From: Nitrospirota bacterium
GTDB lineage: Bacteria; Nitrospirota; Thermodesulfovibrionia; Thermodesulfovibrionales; JdFR-86
Direction: 5' to 3'
Length of the DNA stretch: 64,000 nt
Assembly (NCBI GenBank): GCA_963721805.1
Contig: CAVRJY010000001.1
Location: 896,001-960,000 of the forward strand
A program made the position numbers and the translations under genes. The notes below the pieces were generated by a model that searched no databases, was not told where the DNA came from, and saw only the letters and a program-made list of their open reading frames with translations. This document shows positions 19,204 through 28,931 of the stretch, piece by piece (the first letter of the stretch is position 1; each line of letters opens with the position of its first letter).

Positions 19204-19208
19204 ATTTA

Positions 19209-19562
19209 TTGCCGCATACCGGTGAGGACCGGATTCACCCGGAGCTATGCCGCTATCTCGGTGAGCGACACCGGCACGGGTTTGGACGAGGAGACGATGC
19301 GCAAGATATTCGAGCCTTTCTTTACAACCAAGGGGCGAAGCGCACCGGCCTCGGCCTCGCTATAGCATATGGGGTGCTCAAGCAGCACGGGGGCCACATC
19401 TGCGCCTCCAGCGAACCGGGAAAAGGAACCACCTTCAACCTCTATCTGCCGTTTGCCGATGCGTCTGCCGCTGCAAATATCCGCAAACCAGCCTCGCCGG
19501 AAGCGCTCATCTCGAAGATAAGCGCTATTTTGCAAGGCAGACAGCCGGTCCCGCCAGGTTAA
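19209..19562 (+). pseudogene. Remnant of a hybrid histidine kinase (HATPase end plus receiver tail)
   Basis: [25 protein letters not shown] in one frame, then [17 protein letters not shown]...[11 protein letters not shown]...KP in another; no start and most domains missing. Confidence 0.75.
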
Positions 19563-19664
19563 GAAATAACGCACGCGGGCTGGCGAGGGCGGCTTACTCC
19601 CCCGTCGTCCCGCGTGCGAGATCTTTTTGCGCCACCGGTTGCGGACCGGTACGTCATCCTCCGG

Positions 19665-20471
19665 TCAGGCAAATACGCTTGTGCCCGGAGCCGGGATGGA
19701 ATTTGCGGCAGTGGCGGTGACGCCGCCTGCCTGCGCGTACTGTTCGAGCGCCTTTGTCACCACGTTTGATACGCCGTTAGCCGAGAGACTTCCAGTGCCG
19801 TTTTTTAGGTCGTATGCCAGCTCCTCGGCGGTCGAGACTACGCCGTCCTGATTCGTATCCTTGACGTCGAACGTCGTGCTGCCGCTGCCCGAAGACGGAC
19901 TGCCTGAAGACGGGCTGCCGCTCGCTGCATCTATTGCGTCGAGCAGCGAACTGAGCGAGCCGCTGCCTCCTGCGCTCCTCGCCGTCGCTCCCTGCGTCTG
20001 CTGCCCGCCGCCGTGATGGTGGTGGTGGCCGTGAGCCTTTTGCATGCCGCTTGCAAGCTCACTCTCGCTGACGCTGCCGTCGCCGTTGGTGTCAAGGGCG
20101 CTGAACAGCTTCGAGACGTCACCTGTTGCGCTGCCCGAGGCCCCTGCGGACAGGCCCGCGGCGAGCTCGTCCTGACTGAGGACGCCGTCGCCGTTAGTAT
20201 CGAGCTTCTTGAGCATCTCGCTCTGCATCTGCTGCTGGAGGTTCTTCAGCCCCGAGTCCAGCTCGCTCTGGCTGATCCCCCCGTCCTGATTACTGTCCAT
20301 GAGGGTTATTACGTCGTTTACGCTCGCGCCAAAGTCCGTTGCCAACTTGCTCTGGCCGAGTTCGTCCGTGCTGATGCTGCCGTCTCCGTTGGTGTCGAGC
20401 TTGTTGAACAGTTGAGTGAGCCACTGCGAACCGGCCCCGCCTACCGCTCCCATCGAAGATGAAACTGACAT
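19665..20471 (-). CDS. EF-hand calcium-binding protein with a His-rich segment
   Basis: Five loops: DTNGDGSISTDE, DSNQDGGISQSE, DTNGDGVLSQDE, DTNGDGSVSESE, DTNQDGVVSTAE; HGHHHHHG tract; AGGAGG RBS. Confidence 0.88.
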   Translation of the reverse strand: MSVSSSMGAVGGAGSQWLTQLFNKLDTNGDGSISTDELGQSKLATDFGASVNDVITLMDSNQDGGISQSELDSGLKNLQQQMQSEMLKKLDTNGDGVLSQDELAAGLSAGASGSATGDVSKLFSALDTNGDGSVSESELASGMQKAHGHHHHHGGGQQTQGATARSAGGSGSLSSLLDAIDAASGSPSSGSPSSGSGSTTFDVKDTNQDGVVSTAEELAYDLKNGTGSLSANGVSNVVTKALEQYAQAGGVTATAANSIPAPGTSVFA

Positions 20472-20836
20472 CTGCGACCTCCTTTCCAAAACTTTTCCCC
20501 CCGGAGCTTGATGCTCCTATCTCACATATCGGCAGGGAAATAGCTTTGCGCGGCTATTTCCGGGCCTTTCACGGATTTCCTTATTTCTTCCATAATTAAG
20601 CTAACTTATTGAATTGTTGTGAAAATTTAAGGCACGTGACTCGTGCTGCGTCCGGGTGCGCCCTCGGGACGCCGCGTCAGAGGATACGTCGCACGGAATT
20701 AGGCAATTGCTTCACTGATGACATAGAAACAATGCGAGGTATTATCCGAACTCAACGCTGTGCTGCGGAGGGGGCGGGGCGGACGGCAGCGAAGGGAGAG
20801 TGCGTATCGCCGTCCGCCCCGTGAGAGACGCCTTGA

Positions 20837-21367
20837 TTACTCTTCGGTCTGTCCGATGCGTGCCGGGCGGGACGCCACGCCACGCATCTTGCACTCTCTA
20901 TGGTCCATTTGAGTTTTCCTGAGCATCTCCTTGAGTTTCTTTCTCTGCTCCGGCGTCAGCTTCGCCTTGGCTTCCTGGACCGCCTTGATGAATGTGAGCT
21001 TTATGTCAGTCTTCAGGGATTCGACCTGTTTCAGTTTTGCCTCGACCGCGCCCATGTCGACCTGATCTTTGCTCAGGAGTTCTCTGAGCTCTATCGAGGC
21101 GATGCGCTCATCGGCTTTTTTCCTGATCAGATCCTTTATCGTCCCGAACGCGATCTCGCCTATCTCGGCCCTCTGTTTCTGGTTAAGGTCGAGGGCCATG
21201 ATTTCCCTTAGCATGCGATGCCCTTCATCTCGCATCGGCCTGTCATCGTTCATCCAGGGCGCGCTGTGCCTCATGCCCCCTTCGTCTGCGGAGGCGGTCT
21301 GGGCGAACCATGCCCCGGTGGCCAGCATTGCGGCCAGAAGCAGGCCGATAGTCAGATTTTTCTTCAT
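20837..21367 (-). CDS. Spy/CpxP family periplasmic chaperone
   Basis: Signal peptide; LDLNQKQ and LTPEQ (LTxxQ) motifs; helical; AAGGAG RBS. Confidence 0.85.
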   Translation of the reverse strand: MKKNLTIGLLLAAMLATGAWFAQTASADEGGMRHSAPWMNDDRPMRDEGHRMLREIMALDLNQKQRAEIGEIAFGTIKDLIRKKADERIASIELRELLSKDQVDMGAVEAKLKQVESLKTDIKLTFIKAVQEAKAKLTPEQRKKLKEMLRKTQMDHRECKMRGVASRPARIGQTEE

Positions 21368-21531
21368 CGTTTTCTCCTTTTTACTTTTTCTTCCGGCTGT
21401 CGTGCGGGCAGCCGTTTGCTGTAAATTAATGTTAACAACCGAATATGGCGGAAATATGGAAGAAATGAGGAATTTCAAAAATAGCGCAAATGCTTATGGA
21501 TTTCCCTTGGAAATGAGAGATAAAATGAAGG

Positions 21532-22953
21532 ATGAAGGTTAGCATTACATACAGGCTGTTTCTCTCGATTCTCGCCGCGACCTGTCTGGCGCTGCTGTGC
21601 ATGTTCCTCATTATGCAGCAGAGTATCAGCCAGGGGTTTTTCCAGTATCTCAATTCAATGGAGCAGGGCAGGCTGGTGCAGTTGGCCGGTATCCTTGAGC
21701 AGGAGTACGCAGCCGACGGGGGCTGGGATGCCCTGCGGGAGAACCGCAGACACTTTCACCTCATGGTAGAGAGGGCCAGGGACGCCGCCGCTGCGCAACG
21801 GGCTCAGGAACTCAGCGAGGGAACCGGCGCACCTGCACTTCAGCCCCCTGCGCCTCGCTCGCCAAGGCTGCCCTTTGTCGTCATTGACGCGGACCGCAAC
21901 GTTGTAGTTGGCACCCCGGGGGATGCCAAGGAGTCGAATTTCATCCCCATTGTCCATGACGGCAACACAGTCGGCTACGTAGGGCTCATGTCGCCATTGC
22001 ATTTCCTTACCCCTTCGCAGTTTAAATTCCTGACAAAGCAGAGGTCAGCCATGGTGCTTGCCGCATTAGGGATGGTCATGGTGGTCATCATATTTTCCAT
22101 CCCGCTGGCAAAACGCATGGTCCGGCCGATAAGGGCAATGGCAGCCGCAACCAATGAGTTAGCCTCGGGCAATTATGCCGTACGGATTCCAGTATCCTCG
22201 ACCGACGAACTCGGCCAGCTTGCCCGGGACTTCAACGAGCTGGCCCTGACGCTCGAGAAAAACGAAAAAGAACGCCGCCAATGGGTAGCCGACATTTCCC
22301 ATGAACTCAGGACCCCTGTGGCCGTGCTGCGGGGCGAGATCGAGGCGCTCCTGGACGGAATCCGCAGCGTGACCCCGGAGACGATGCGCTCTCTTCACGC
22401 CGAGGTCCTGCAGCTAAACCGCCTGATCGAAGACCTCTACCAGCTTTCGCAGTCCGATATCGGCACATTGAGCTACCGCAAGGAGCAGCTCGATCTTGCG
22501 GAGGCCGTCAGGGATTCCGCGGAATCCTATGGCGCCGAGTTCGGCCGCAGGGGGATCAAGCTCACCTCAGAGCTGCCCGATAAGGGAGGGATCACTGTGC
22601 TCGCCGACGGCGACCGGCTGGATCAGCTGTTAGCGAACCTGTTTGAGAATTCCCTGAAATATACCGATAAGGGCGGGGAGCTCGTCGTCCGTCTGGCATG
22701 CCGGGAAGGGCGGGCTGTCATAGATTTTGAGGACTCCGCGCCCGGGGTCCCCAAAGAGGACCTGGCCAGGCTCTTTGACAGGTTCTATCGCGTGGATGCA
22801 TCCCGAAGCAGGTCATCTGGCGGGGCCGGCCTCGGCCTTGCGATCTGCAGGAATATCGTCGAGGCGCACGCCGGTGCTATCGAGGCTCTCCCCTCGTCCC
22901 TGGGCGGCGTGCTGATCAGGGTAACCATGCCGGTTACGGGTGAATGCGCGTGA
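21532..22953 (+). CDS. baeS: BaeS-like sensor histidine kinase
   Basis: Two TM segments, HAMP (DELGQLARDFN), ADISHELRTP, NSLKYTD, DSAPGV and GLGLAI motifs. Confidence 0.85.
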   Translation: MKVSITYRLFLSILAATCLALLCMFLIMQQSISQGFFQYLNSMEQGRLVQLAGILEQEYAADGGWDALRENRRHFHLMVERARDAAAAQRAQELSEGTGAPALQPPAPRSPRLPFVVIDADRNVVVGTPGDAKESNFIPIVHDGNTVGYVGLMSPLHFLTPSQFKFLTKQRSAMVLAALGMVMVVIIFSIPLAKRMVRPIRAMAAATNELASGNYAVRIPVSSTDELGQLARDFNELALTLEKNEKERRQWVADISHELRTPVAVLRGEIEALLDGIRSVTPETMRSLHAEVLQLNRLIEDLYQLSQSDIGTLSYRKEQLDLAEAVRDSAESYGAEFGRRGIKLTSELPDKGGITVLADGDRLDQLLANLFENSLKYTDKGGELVVRLACREGRAVIDFEDSAPGVPKEDLARLFDRFYRVDASRSRSSGGAGLGLAICRNIVEAHAGAIEALPSSLGGVLIRVTMPVTGECA

Positions 22954-23630
22954 GCGCAGCAGATAAGCTCCTGATAGTCGAGGACGAGCCCAAGCTGGCG
23001 AGCCTGCTCTCGGATTACCTTGAGGCCGCCGGTTTCGAGCCCTATTGCCTCGCAAACGGCGCGGAGGTCGTGCCGTGGTTCCGTGAGCATGGGGCCGACC
23101 TCATACTCCTGGACCTGATGCTTCCGGGACGCGGCGGCATGGACATATGCAAGGAGATAAGGACATTCTCCCGCGTGCCGATAATCATGGTGACGGCGCG
23201 GATCGAAGAGATCGACCGGCTGCTGGGGCTCGAACTCGGGGCTGACGACTACATCTGCAAGCCCTATAGCCCGCGCGAGGTGGTCGCTCGCGTAAAGGCC
23301 GTACTCCGGCGCGCGGCCGACGGCAAGACCCTGCAGGCCCAGGGGCTGGTGCTCGACGCTCACCGCTATAAGGCGACGCTTGACGAGCATGACCTTGACC
23401 TCACGGCCGTGGAGTTCAAGCTATTGCAGTTTCTGGCTTCCAATCCCGGGCGCATCTATAGCCGTGCGCAGCTCATGGACGTGATCTATCCCGACGAGCG
23501 GATAGTCAGCGACCGCACTATCGACAGCCACATAAAAAAGCTGCGGCGAAAGATCGAGGCAATCGACGCTGAAGCAAAGCTCATCCGTTCGATCTACGGC
23601 GTCGGTTACAAGTTCGAGCGCGAGCCGTAA
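22944..23630 (+). CDS. baeR: BaeR-like OmpR-family response regulator
   Basis: VEDEPKLA, LDLMLPG, GADDYICKPYSPREVVARV and SDRTIDSHIKKLR motifs. Confidence 0.87.
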   Translation: MRVSAADKLLIVEDEPKLASLLSDYLEAAGFEPYCLANGAEVVPWFREHGADLILLDLMLPGRGGMDICKEIRTFSRVPIIMVTARIEEIDRLLGLELGADDYICKPYSPREVVARVKAVLRRAADGKTLQAQGLVLDAHRYKATLDEHDLDLTAVEFKLLQFLASNPGRIYSRAQLMDVIYPDERIVSDRTIDSHIKKLRRKIEAIDAEAKLIRSIYGVGYKFEREP

Positions 23631-23705
23631 AGAGGATGCTGCATCGGACTCGCCGGAGCCGGGCACGCTTGCAGGCCCGGCCTCTAAACGGGATATGGAC
23701 TGGCG

Positions 23706-25238
23706 TCATCCTTTGAAAGTTTCGTATACCTCGTCGAACTTTGAAGAAATACTCATAAACGCCCTCAGCGTCCGCGGATCGAAATGCTCCGGCATCGTCC
23801 TGCCGTCTCCTCGGGTGATTATGTCGCAAGCGGTTTTATGGTCGTATGCGGGCTTATACGCACGCGCGTTTCTGAGCGCGTCGTAGATATCGGCAACCGC
23901 CATTATCCTGCCTTCAAGCGGTATGCCCTCGCCGGAGAGGGCGCTGGGATAGCCGCCGCCGTCCCACCTTTCGTGGTGGGTCAGGGCTATCGTCCTTGCG
24001 TGCCTGAACCTGGGATGGCCTCCGATTATCTTGGCGCCGTGGACCGTGTGCAGCTGCATGATCAGCCACTCCTGCGGCGTCAGCGGGCCGGGTTTCCTCA
24101 GGATTTCGGCCGGTATATGGATTTTTCCCACGTCGTGCAGGAGCGCCTGGACCCGCAGCGCATTGACAAAGGCGTCGGGCTGCTTCAGCACCTTGGCAAG
24201 GATGGCGCAGTACAGCCCGACCCTTACTATGTGCTTCCCGGTATCCTCATCGTTAACCTCGGAGGCCCTGGCGAGGGCCTCCACTGTATATTCAAAGGCC
24301 TCCTCAGTCTCTTTGACCTGCGTGGAGAGCGACCTCAGAAACAGGGTCTGCATAACGATGCTGTTGAGCACCGCCGCGTCATAGCTCGATACCTCCCGCC
24401 CGTAGTTTAGCGCGAATACGCACAGCGGGTCGCTCAGGTAGCAGGTCATATTCTTGACCGATACGCTGAAAGCCTGCAGCTTTTCGCTGAATGCCTCAAA
24501 CAGCGGGCTTTTCATGTCAACGTCATTGTAAAAGACGAGCCTCGAGCCCGCTGCCTGATGATGGTTTATGTCCAGGACTATCTGGAAAGGCGTCCTTTCG
24601 AGCTTGCCGAAGACGAACTCGTAGCGGAACCAGTCGTAATTGCCATTGTCGTTAAGTATGCGGACCAGCACGATCTCGGGCTTCTCGAAGACGTCGCTCT
24701 GCTGCCTCAGGACGCGGCCCACGATGCCGTCAATCTTCAACATGAAGTCGAACTCCAGGGGGTTGAAGGTATTGATTAAGTCCTCGCCGAAGTTGGTGAG
24801 GCTGCTGATATTGTCGTAGGCGTAATTTAGCTTGTCGTTGAGCTCCTTCACCCTCAGCAGCATCTTTATCCGGGCCAGCACCTCGGCCTGGTCGAAGGGC
24901 TTTGAGAGGAACTCTTCGGCCCCGGCCTCTATGCCCTTTACGCGGTCCTGCTTCGTGTTCAGAGCGGTTATCATGATTACCGGTATGTTGCGGTATGTGC
25001 CGCTGCCCTTTATCTCTCGGCATACCTCGAAACCGCTCATGCCCGGCATCATGACGTCCAGAAGCACTAGGCCGATACGCTGTGTCTTTATTATCTTAAG
25101 GGCGTCTTTTCCGTTTGAGGCCGCGACGACCTCGTATCCCCGCGGGACGAGTATGTTTTCGAGCAGCTTGAGATTCGCCGGTTCGTCGTCGACGCACAGC
25201 ACCATCGGGCTTACGGGATTCATCGTCTCATCCGCCAA
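23706..25238 (-). CDS. Response regulator with an HD-GYP phosphodiesterase domain
   Basis: N-terminal [20 protein letters not shown] and ADIYDAL...RAYK motifs. Confidence 0.92.
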   Translation of the reverse strand: MADETMNPVSPMVLCVDDEPANLKLLENILVPRGYEVVAASNGKDALKIIKTQRIGLVLLDVMMPGMSGFEVCREIKGSGTYRNIPVIMITALNTKQDRVKGIEAGAEEFLSKPFDQAEVLARIKMLLRVKELNDKLNYAYDNISSLTNFGEDLINTFNPLEFDFMLKIDGIVGRVLRQQSDVFEKPEIVLVRILNDNGNYDWFRYEFVFGKLERTPFQIVLDINHHQAAGSRLVFYNDVDMKSPLFEAFSEKLQAFSVSVKNMTCYLSDPLCVFALNYGREVSSYDAAVLNSIVMQTLFLRSLSTQVKETEEAFEYTVEALARASEVNDEDTGKHIVRVGLYCAILAKVLKQPDAFVNALRVQALLHDVGKIHIPAEILRKPGPLTPQEWLIMQLHTVHGAKIIGGHPRFRHARTIALTHHERWDGGGYPSALSGEGIPLEGRIMAVADIYDALRNARAYKPAYDHKTACDIITRGDGRTMPEHFDPRTLRAFMSISSKFDEVYETFKG

Positions 25239-25593
25239 GTACTTTCTTGATTATTTCCGGCAGCCTTCGAGTATCGATGGGCTTAGCCAGATATTCATCG
25301 AAGCCGGACTTCAGCGCCTCTTCCCTGTCCCCCTTCATCGCGAACGACGTAACGGCGATGACCTTCGTGGCGTGCAGTTCAGGTGTATCCCTCAGCGCCC
25401 TGATGACCTCGAAGCCGTCCATCACCGGCATCTGCAGGTCTAAAAGGATCAGGTCGGGCCTGTTTTCCCTGGCCATCCTCATGCCCTCGGCGCCGTCCGG
25501 GGCCTCTATCACCTCATAGCCGTGGTAGGTCAATACCTGCCTCAGCAGGATGCGGTTATGTTCGTTGTCCTCGACTACGAGTATCTTATGCAT
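25228..25593 (-). CDS. Single-domain response regulator (DivK-like)
   Basis: [22 protein letters not shown] and AKPID motifs. Confidence 0.92.
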   Translation of the reverse strand: MHKILVVEDNEHNRILLRQVLTYHGYEVIEAPDGAEGMRMARENRPDLILLDLQMPVMDGFEVIRALRDTPELHATKVIAVTSFAMKGDREEALKSGFDEYLAKPIDTRRLPEIIKKVLGG

Positions 25594-25602
25594 GGCCCAA
25601 TG

Positions 25603-27864
25603 CTACCTCCGGCCTTCCAGTGCCCGCTGCCTCAGCGGCAGGACGAACGCGAACCTGCTGCCCTTGCCGAATTCGCTCTCGACCCAGATCCTGCCTCCGT
25701 GCAGCTCCACGAGCCTCTTCGTTAGCGCGAGCCCGAGCCCGGTGCCTTCGTACTCCTTGGTGTAAGCCGTTTCAAGCTGAGTGAATTCCGTAAATAGCCT
25801 CTTTATGTCCTCCGGCTTGATGCCTATGCCCGTATCAGTAACGCTGATTTCAATTTCATTTGTATCGGCAAGTTTCCTCGCAGCCAGAGCCACCGTACCG
25901 CCGTCCGGGGTGAACTTCAGGGCGTTGCTCAGGAGGTTAAACACGATCTGTTTGAGCTTCCGCTGGTCCGCCTCGATCGTTATGTCCGCACCGTGGCCAA
26001 GTTCGAGACATAGGTTGATGCCGTGCTTTATAGCCTTTTCTTTCTGCATGACCATGGCTGCCTCGAGCAGTTCCCTTAGAGACACGGCCTCGGGTTCGAG
26101 CGCCATCCTGCCTGCCTCGACCTTCGAGAGGTCAAGGATGTCGTTGATGAGGCTCAGAAGATGCCTGCCGGCGCTCATGATATACCCCACGTTGTCGCGT
26201 TGCGAGTCGTTAAGGCTGCCGAGCAGCTCATCCTGCATGACCTCGGAGAAACCGATTATGGAATTCAGGGGCGTCCTGAGCTCATGGGACATGTTCGCAA
26301 GGAAATCCGACTTGGCCTTCGTCGCCGCGTCGGCCTGGGTTTTCGCCTCTTCCGCCTCATTGCGCCTCAGGATGAGCTCGTCGTTCAGGATCTGGAGTTC
26401 GCAGTTGGTATCCTCAAGCTGTCTCGTCCTTTCTCTGACCTTTGCCTCAAGCGTCTCGGCGTATTCCCTCAGCTTATTTTCAAGCTGTTTTCTTTCCGTG
26501 ATGTCCCTGCCCACACCGCTGAGGCCGATGGGGTTTCCCTTATGGTCTCTGAGCAGTGAGGCGGTAAACTCATAAGGGATCTGCCTCCCGTCTTTGGTAA
26601 CCACATGTGCGTCAGAACTGGCGCTTCCCTCTTTGACCGCCGCGTTAATGGCCTCGGTTATTCGCTCTATGTCATCGCCGCTGAAAAAAGCCATTGGGTT
26701 CAAGGCGTCGATTTCAGAGTCGCTGTAGCCTGTGACGTCATTGACAGCCTTATTCCACCTGATGAATCTTCCCTGCAAGTCAAATACAAAAAATGTATCC
26801 TTCAGGACATTCAGGGCGTTTTCAGTGAAGGCCTTCTCTTCCTTAAGCGCCTCCTCTGCCTCGATGTACTCCGTGATGTCGCGAATCGTTCCGATAACGC
26901 CGATTATCTCGCCCCTTGCGTTCCTTAATGGTGAACTCATATCGTACGTCCAGTTCGAGATTCCTGTATTCTGGTCGGCAAAATGAAAACGCACACCCGA
27001 AACCGGCTCCCCCTCAAGCGCCCTTTCGATGCATTCCATGATCCCTGATTCACGCAACGGGGGGAAAACTTCCAGCGGATGCTTGCCCAGGATCTTGCTG
27101 GCAGGAAGACCGGTTAATCGCTCCATCGCGTGATTCCATACCTTGACCTTCAAGTCAGGGCCATAAACAATAAGCCCCTCCTGAGCGCCTTCGATGATCT
27201 GGCGGTTAAACTCGCTCGATTCGCGAAGCGCCTCCTCGGTTTCCATCCGCGCCTCGATCTCTTCAACAAGGCTCACGGTCCGTTGCTTGACCTTCTGCTC
27301 GAGTTCTTCGTTGAGGATCTTTAACTGTTCCTGGACCGCGATGAGTTCGGTGTTTTTCTGGACGGCGTTCTCGTAGGTCGAGATCAGGAGGTCGAGTATC
27401 TGTTTCCTTTCGGATGTGATGAAATACTTTTTCCCTGCAAAATATATCTCGACCCCGATCTGCGTCCGTGATGACTTCTGCAGTTCGCGGTTTATGAGGA
27501 TCTGCCTTATCCTCGCAAGCAGATGCCCTTCGTTGTAAGGTTTGACAATGAAATTGTCAGCCCCGCACTCAAGGCCGCTGATGACGTCCGTAGGGTCAGA
27601 GAGAGAGGTAAGCAGGATAACGGGCGTGGAACCCATCTCCGCATCTTTCTTTATATTCCTGCATAGCTCGAATCCGTCCATTTCAGGCATTAAGACATCG
27701 GTGATGACGAGCTCCGGCCGATATTCCTTTGCCATTTTAAGCCCCTCGGCGCCGTCCTTTGCCACGGCCACGGAATACCCTTCGGCCACTAGCGTCCTTC
27801 GGAGCGTCTCGGCCTGGATGGCGCTGTCTTCGGCGATCAGTATCCTCGTCTCCGGGGTTGTCAT
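25603..27864 (-). CDS. REC-PAS-PAS histidine kinase
   Basis: N-terminal REC; two PAS/PAC domains ending [27 protein letters not shown] and GTGLGL motifs. Confidence 0.93.
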   Translation of the reverse strand: MTTPETRILIAEDSAIQAETLRRTLVAEGYSVAVAKDGAEGLKMAKEYRPELVITDVLMPEMDGFELCRNIKKDAEMGSTPVILLTSLSDPTDVISGLECGADNFIVKPYNEGHLLARIRQILINRELQKSSRTQIGVEIYFAGKKYFITSERKQILDLLISTYENAVQKNTELIAVQEQLKILNEELEQKVKQRTVSLVEEIEARMETEEALRESSEFNRQIIEGAQEGLIVYGPDLKVKVWNHAMERLTGLPASKILGKHPLEVFPPLRESGIMECIERALEGEPVSGVRFHFADQNTGISNWTYDMSSPLRNARGEIIGVIGTIRDITEYIEAEEALKEEKAFTENALNVLKDTFFVFDLQGRFIRWNKAVNDVTGYSDSEIDALNPMAFFSGDDIERITEAINAAVKEGSASSDAHVVTKDGRQIPYEFTASLLRDHKGNPIGLSGVGRDITERKQLENKLREYAETLEAKVRERTRQLEDTNCELQILNDELILRRNEAEEAKTQADAATKAKSDFLANMSHELRTPLNSIIGFSEVMQDELLGSLNDSQRDNVGYIMSAGRHLLSLINDILDLSKVEAGRMALEPEAVSLRELLEAAMVMQKEKAIKHGINLCLELGHGADITIEADQRKLKQIVFNLLSNALKFTPDGGTVALAARKLADTNEIEISVTDTGIGIKPEDIKRLFTEFTQLETAYTKEYEGTGLGLALTKRLVELHGGRIWVESEFGKGSRFAFVLPLRQRALEGRR

Positions 27865-28931
27865 GGCTGCTTTTTTCCCTCCAGAAGCCGCACCGCAAAA
27901 TTCAGGATCATCGGGCCGATCTCACCAAGCGCGGTGACGTATCCCGCCGCGCCCATTTCGATTGCCCGTTTAGGCATGCCGAATACGATGCTGCTGGCCT
28001 CATCCTGAGCAACCGTGATCCCGCCTGCGTCCCTGATCTCGCGCAGGCCCTCGGCCCCGTCCCTCCCCATCCCTGTCAGCAGGACCCCGAATGCCGAATC
28101 GCGATAGTAATCCGCCGCGGACCTCATCGTTACTGTGACGGACGGCCTATGCCCCTCAATTGGCGGCTCGGCCGAGACGACGAACCTGCCCGCGCAATCG
28201 ATCTTCAGGTGCGTTTCTTCCTGCGGAAAATATACGGTGCCGGGCAGGGGGACCTCGCCCGCCTTCGCTATCTCGATTTTCATCCTGCACTGCGATGAAA
28301 GCCAGTCGAGGAGGCCCTGTAAAAACCCCTCGTTGATGTGCTGGACGCAGATGATCGGCAATGGGAAATCGGAAGGAAGAATTTTGAGTATTGTCATGAG
28401 CGCGTTGGGCCCCCCGGTGGAAGCGCCGATGACGATGATCCGGGCCTTCGATCCGTCGAGCTTGATCCTCGTGCCCGCCGCCGCCGTCCTGACCCCGTTG
28501 ATCACTGGCGCATCAGGCGCCGGCCGCCTGAAGACGCGGATACCTGAAAGTATCCGGATCTTTTTTGTCAGCTCCGGGGCTAGCCTTTCGAAGTCGGTGT
28601 CGAGGCTCACCCGTGGCTTCGGAAATATATCTATCGCCCCCGCCTCGATGACCCTGAATGCGTTCAGGGAGCCTTCGCGCCCTGATATGCTCACGAGGAG
28701 TATCGGCAGAGGATGCCTTGCCATGACCTCCCTCGTGAATTCGAGGCCGTCCATCACAGGCATATGGAGGTCGGTGCAGATAACGTCAGGTTTCACACGG
28801 GGGATGAGGTCCAATGCCTCCCTGCCGTTTCCGGCCGCGCCGACGACCTCCATCTCGGCTGACTTTGACAGCATCCTCCTGAGCACCGTGATGGCGACGG
28901 GGGAATCGTCGACGAGCAGGACCCTGATCAT
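27861..28931 (-). CDS. cheB: Chemotaxis methylesterase (ACF system)
   Basis: REC domain plus GASTGG, VQHI and LTGMGRDG motifs. Confidence 0.95.
   Translation of the reverse strand: MIRVLLVDDSPVAITVLRRMLSKSAEMEVVGAAGNGREALDLIPRVKPDVICTDLHMPVMDGLEFTREVMARHPLPILLVSISGREGSLNAFRVIEAGAIDIFPKPRVSLDTDFERLAPELTKKIRILSGIRVFRRPAPDAPVINGVRTAAAGTRIKLDGSKARIIVIGASTGGPNALMTILKILPSDFPLPIICVQHINEGFLQGLLDWLSSQCRMKIEIAKAGEVPLPGTVYFPQEETHLKIDCAGRFVVSAEPPIEGHRPSVTVTMRSAADYYRDSAFGVLLTGMGRDGAEGLREIRDAGGITVAQDEASSIVFGMPKRAIEMGAAGYVTALGEIGPMILNFAVRLLEGKKQP

Noticed and set aside
20525..20555. Sigma-28 promoter for the EF-hand gene
   Set aside because: GCCGATAT matches the -10 element, but no TAAA lies at the 15-bp spacing
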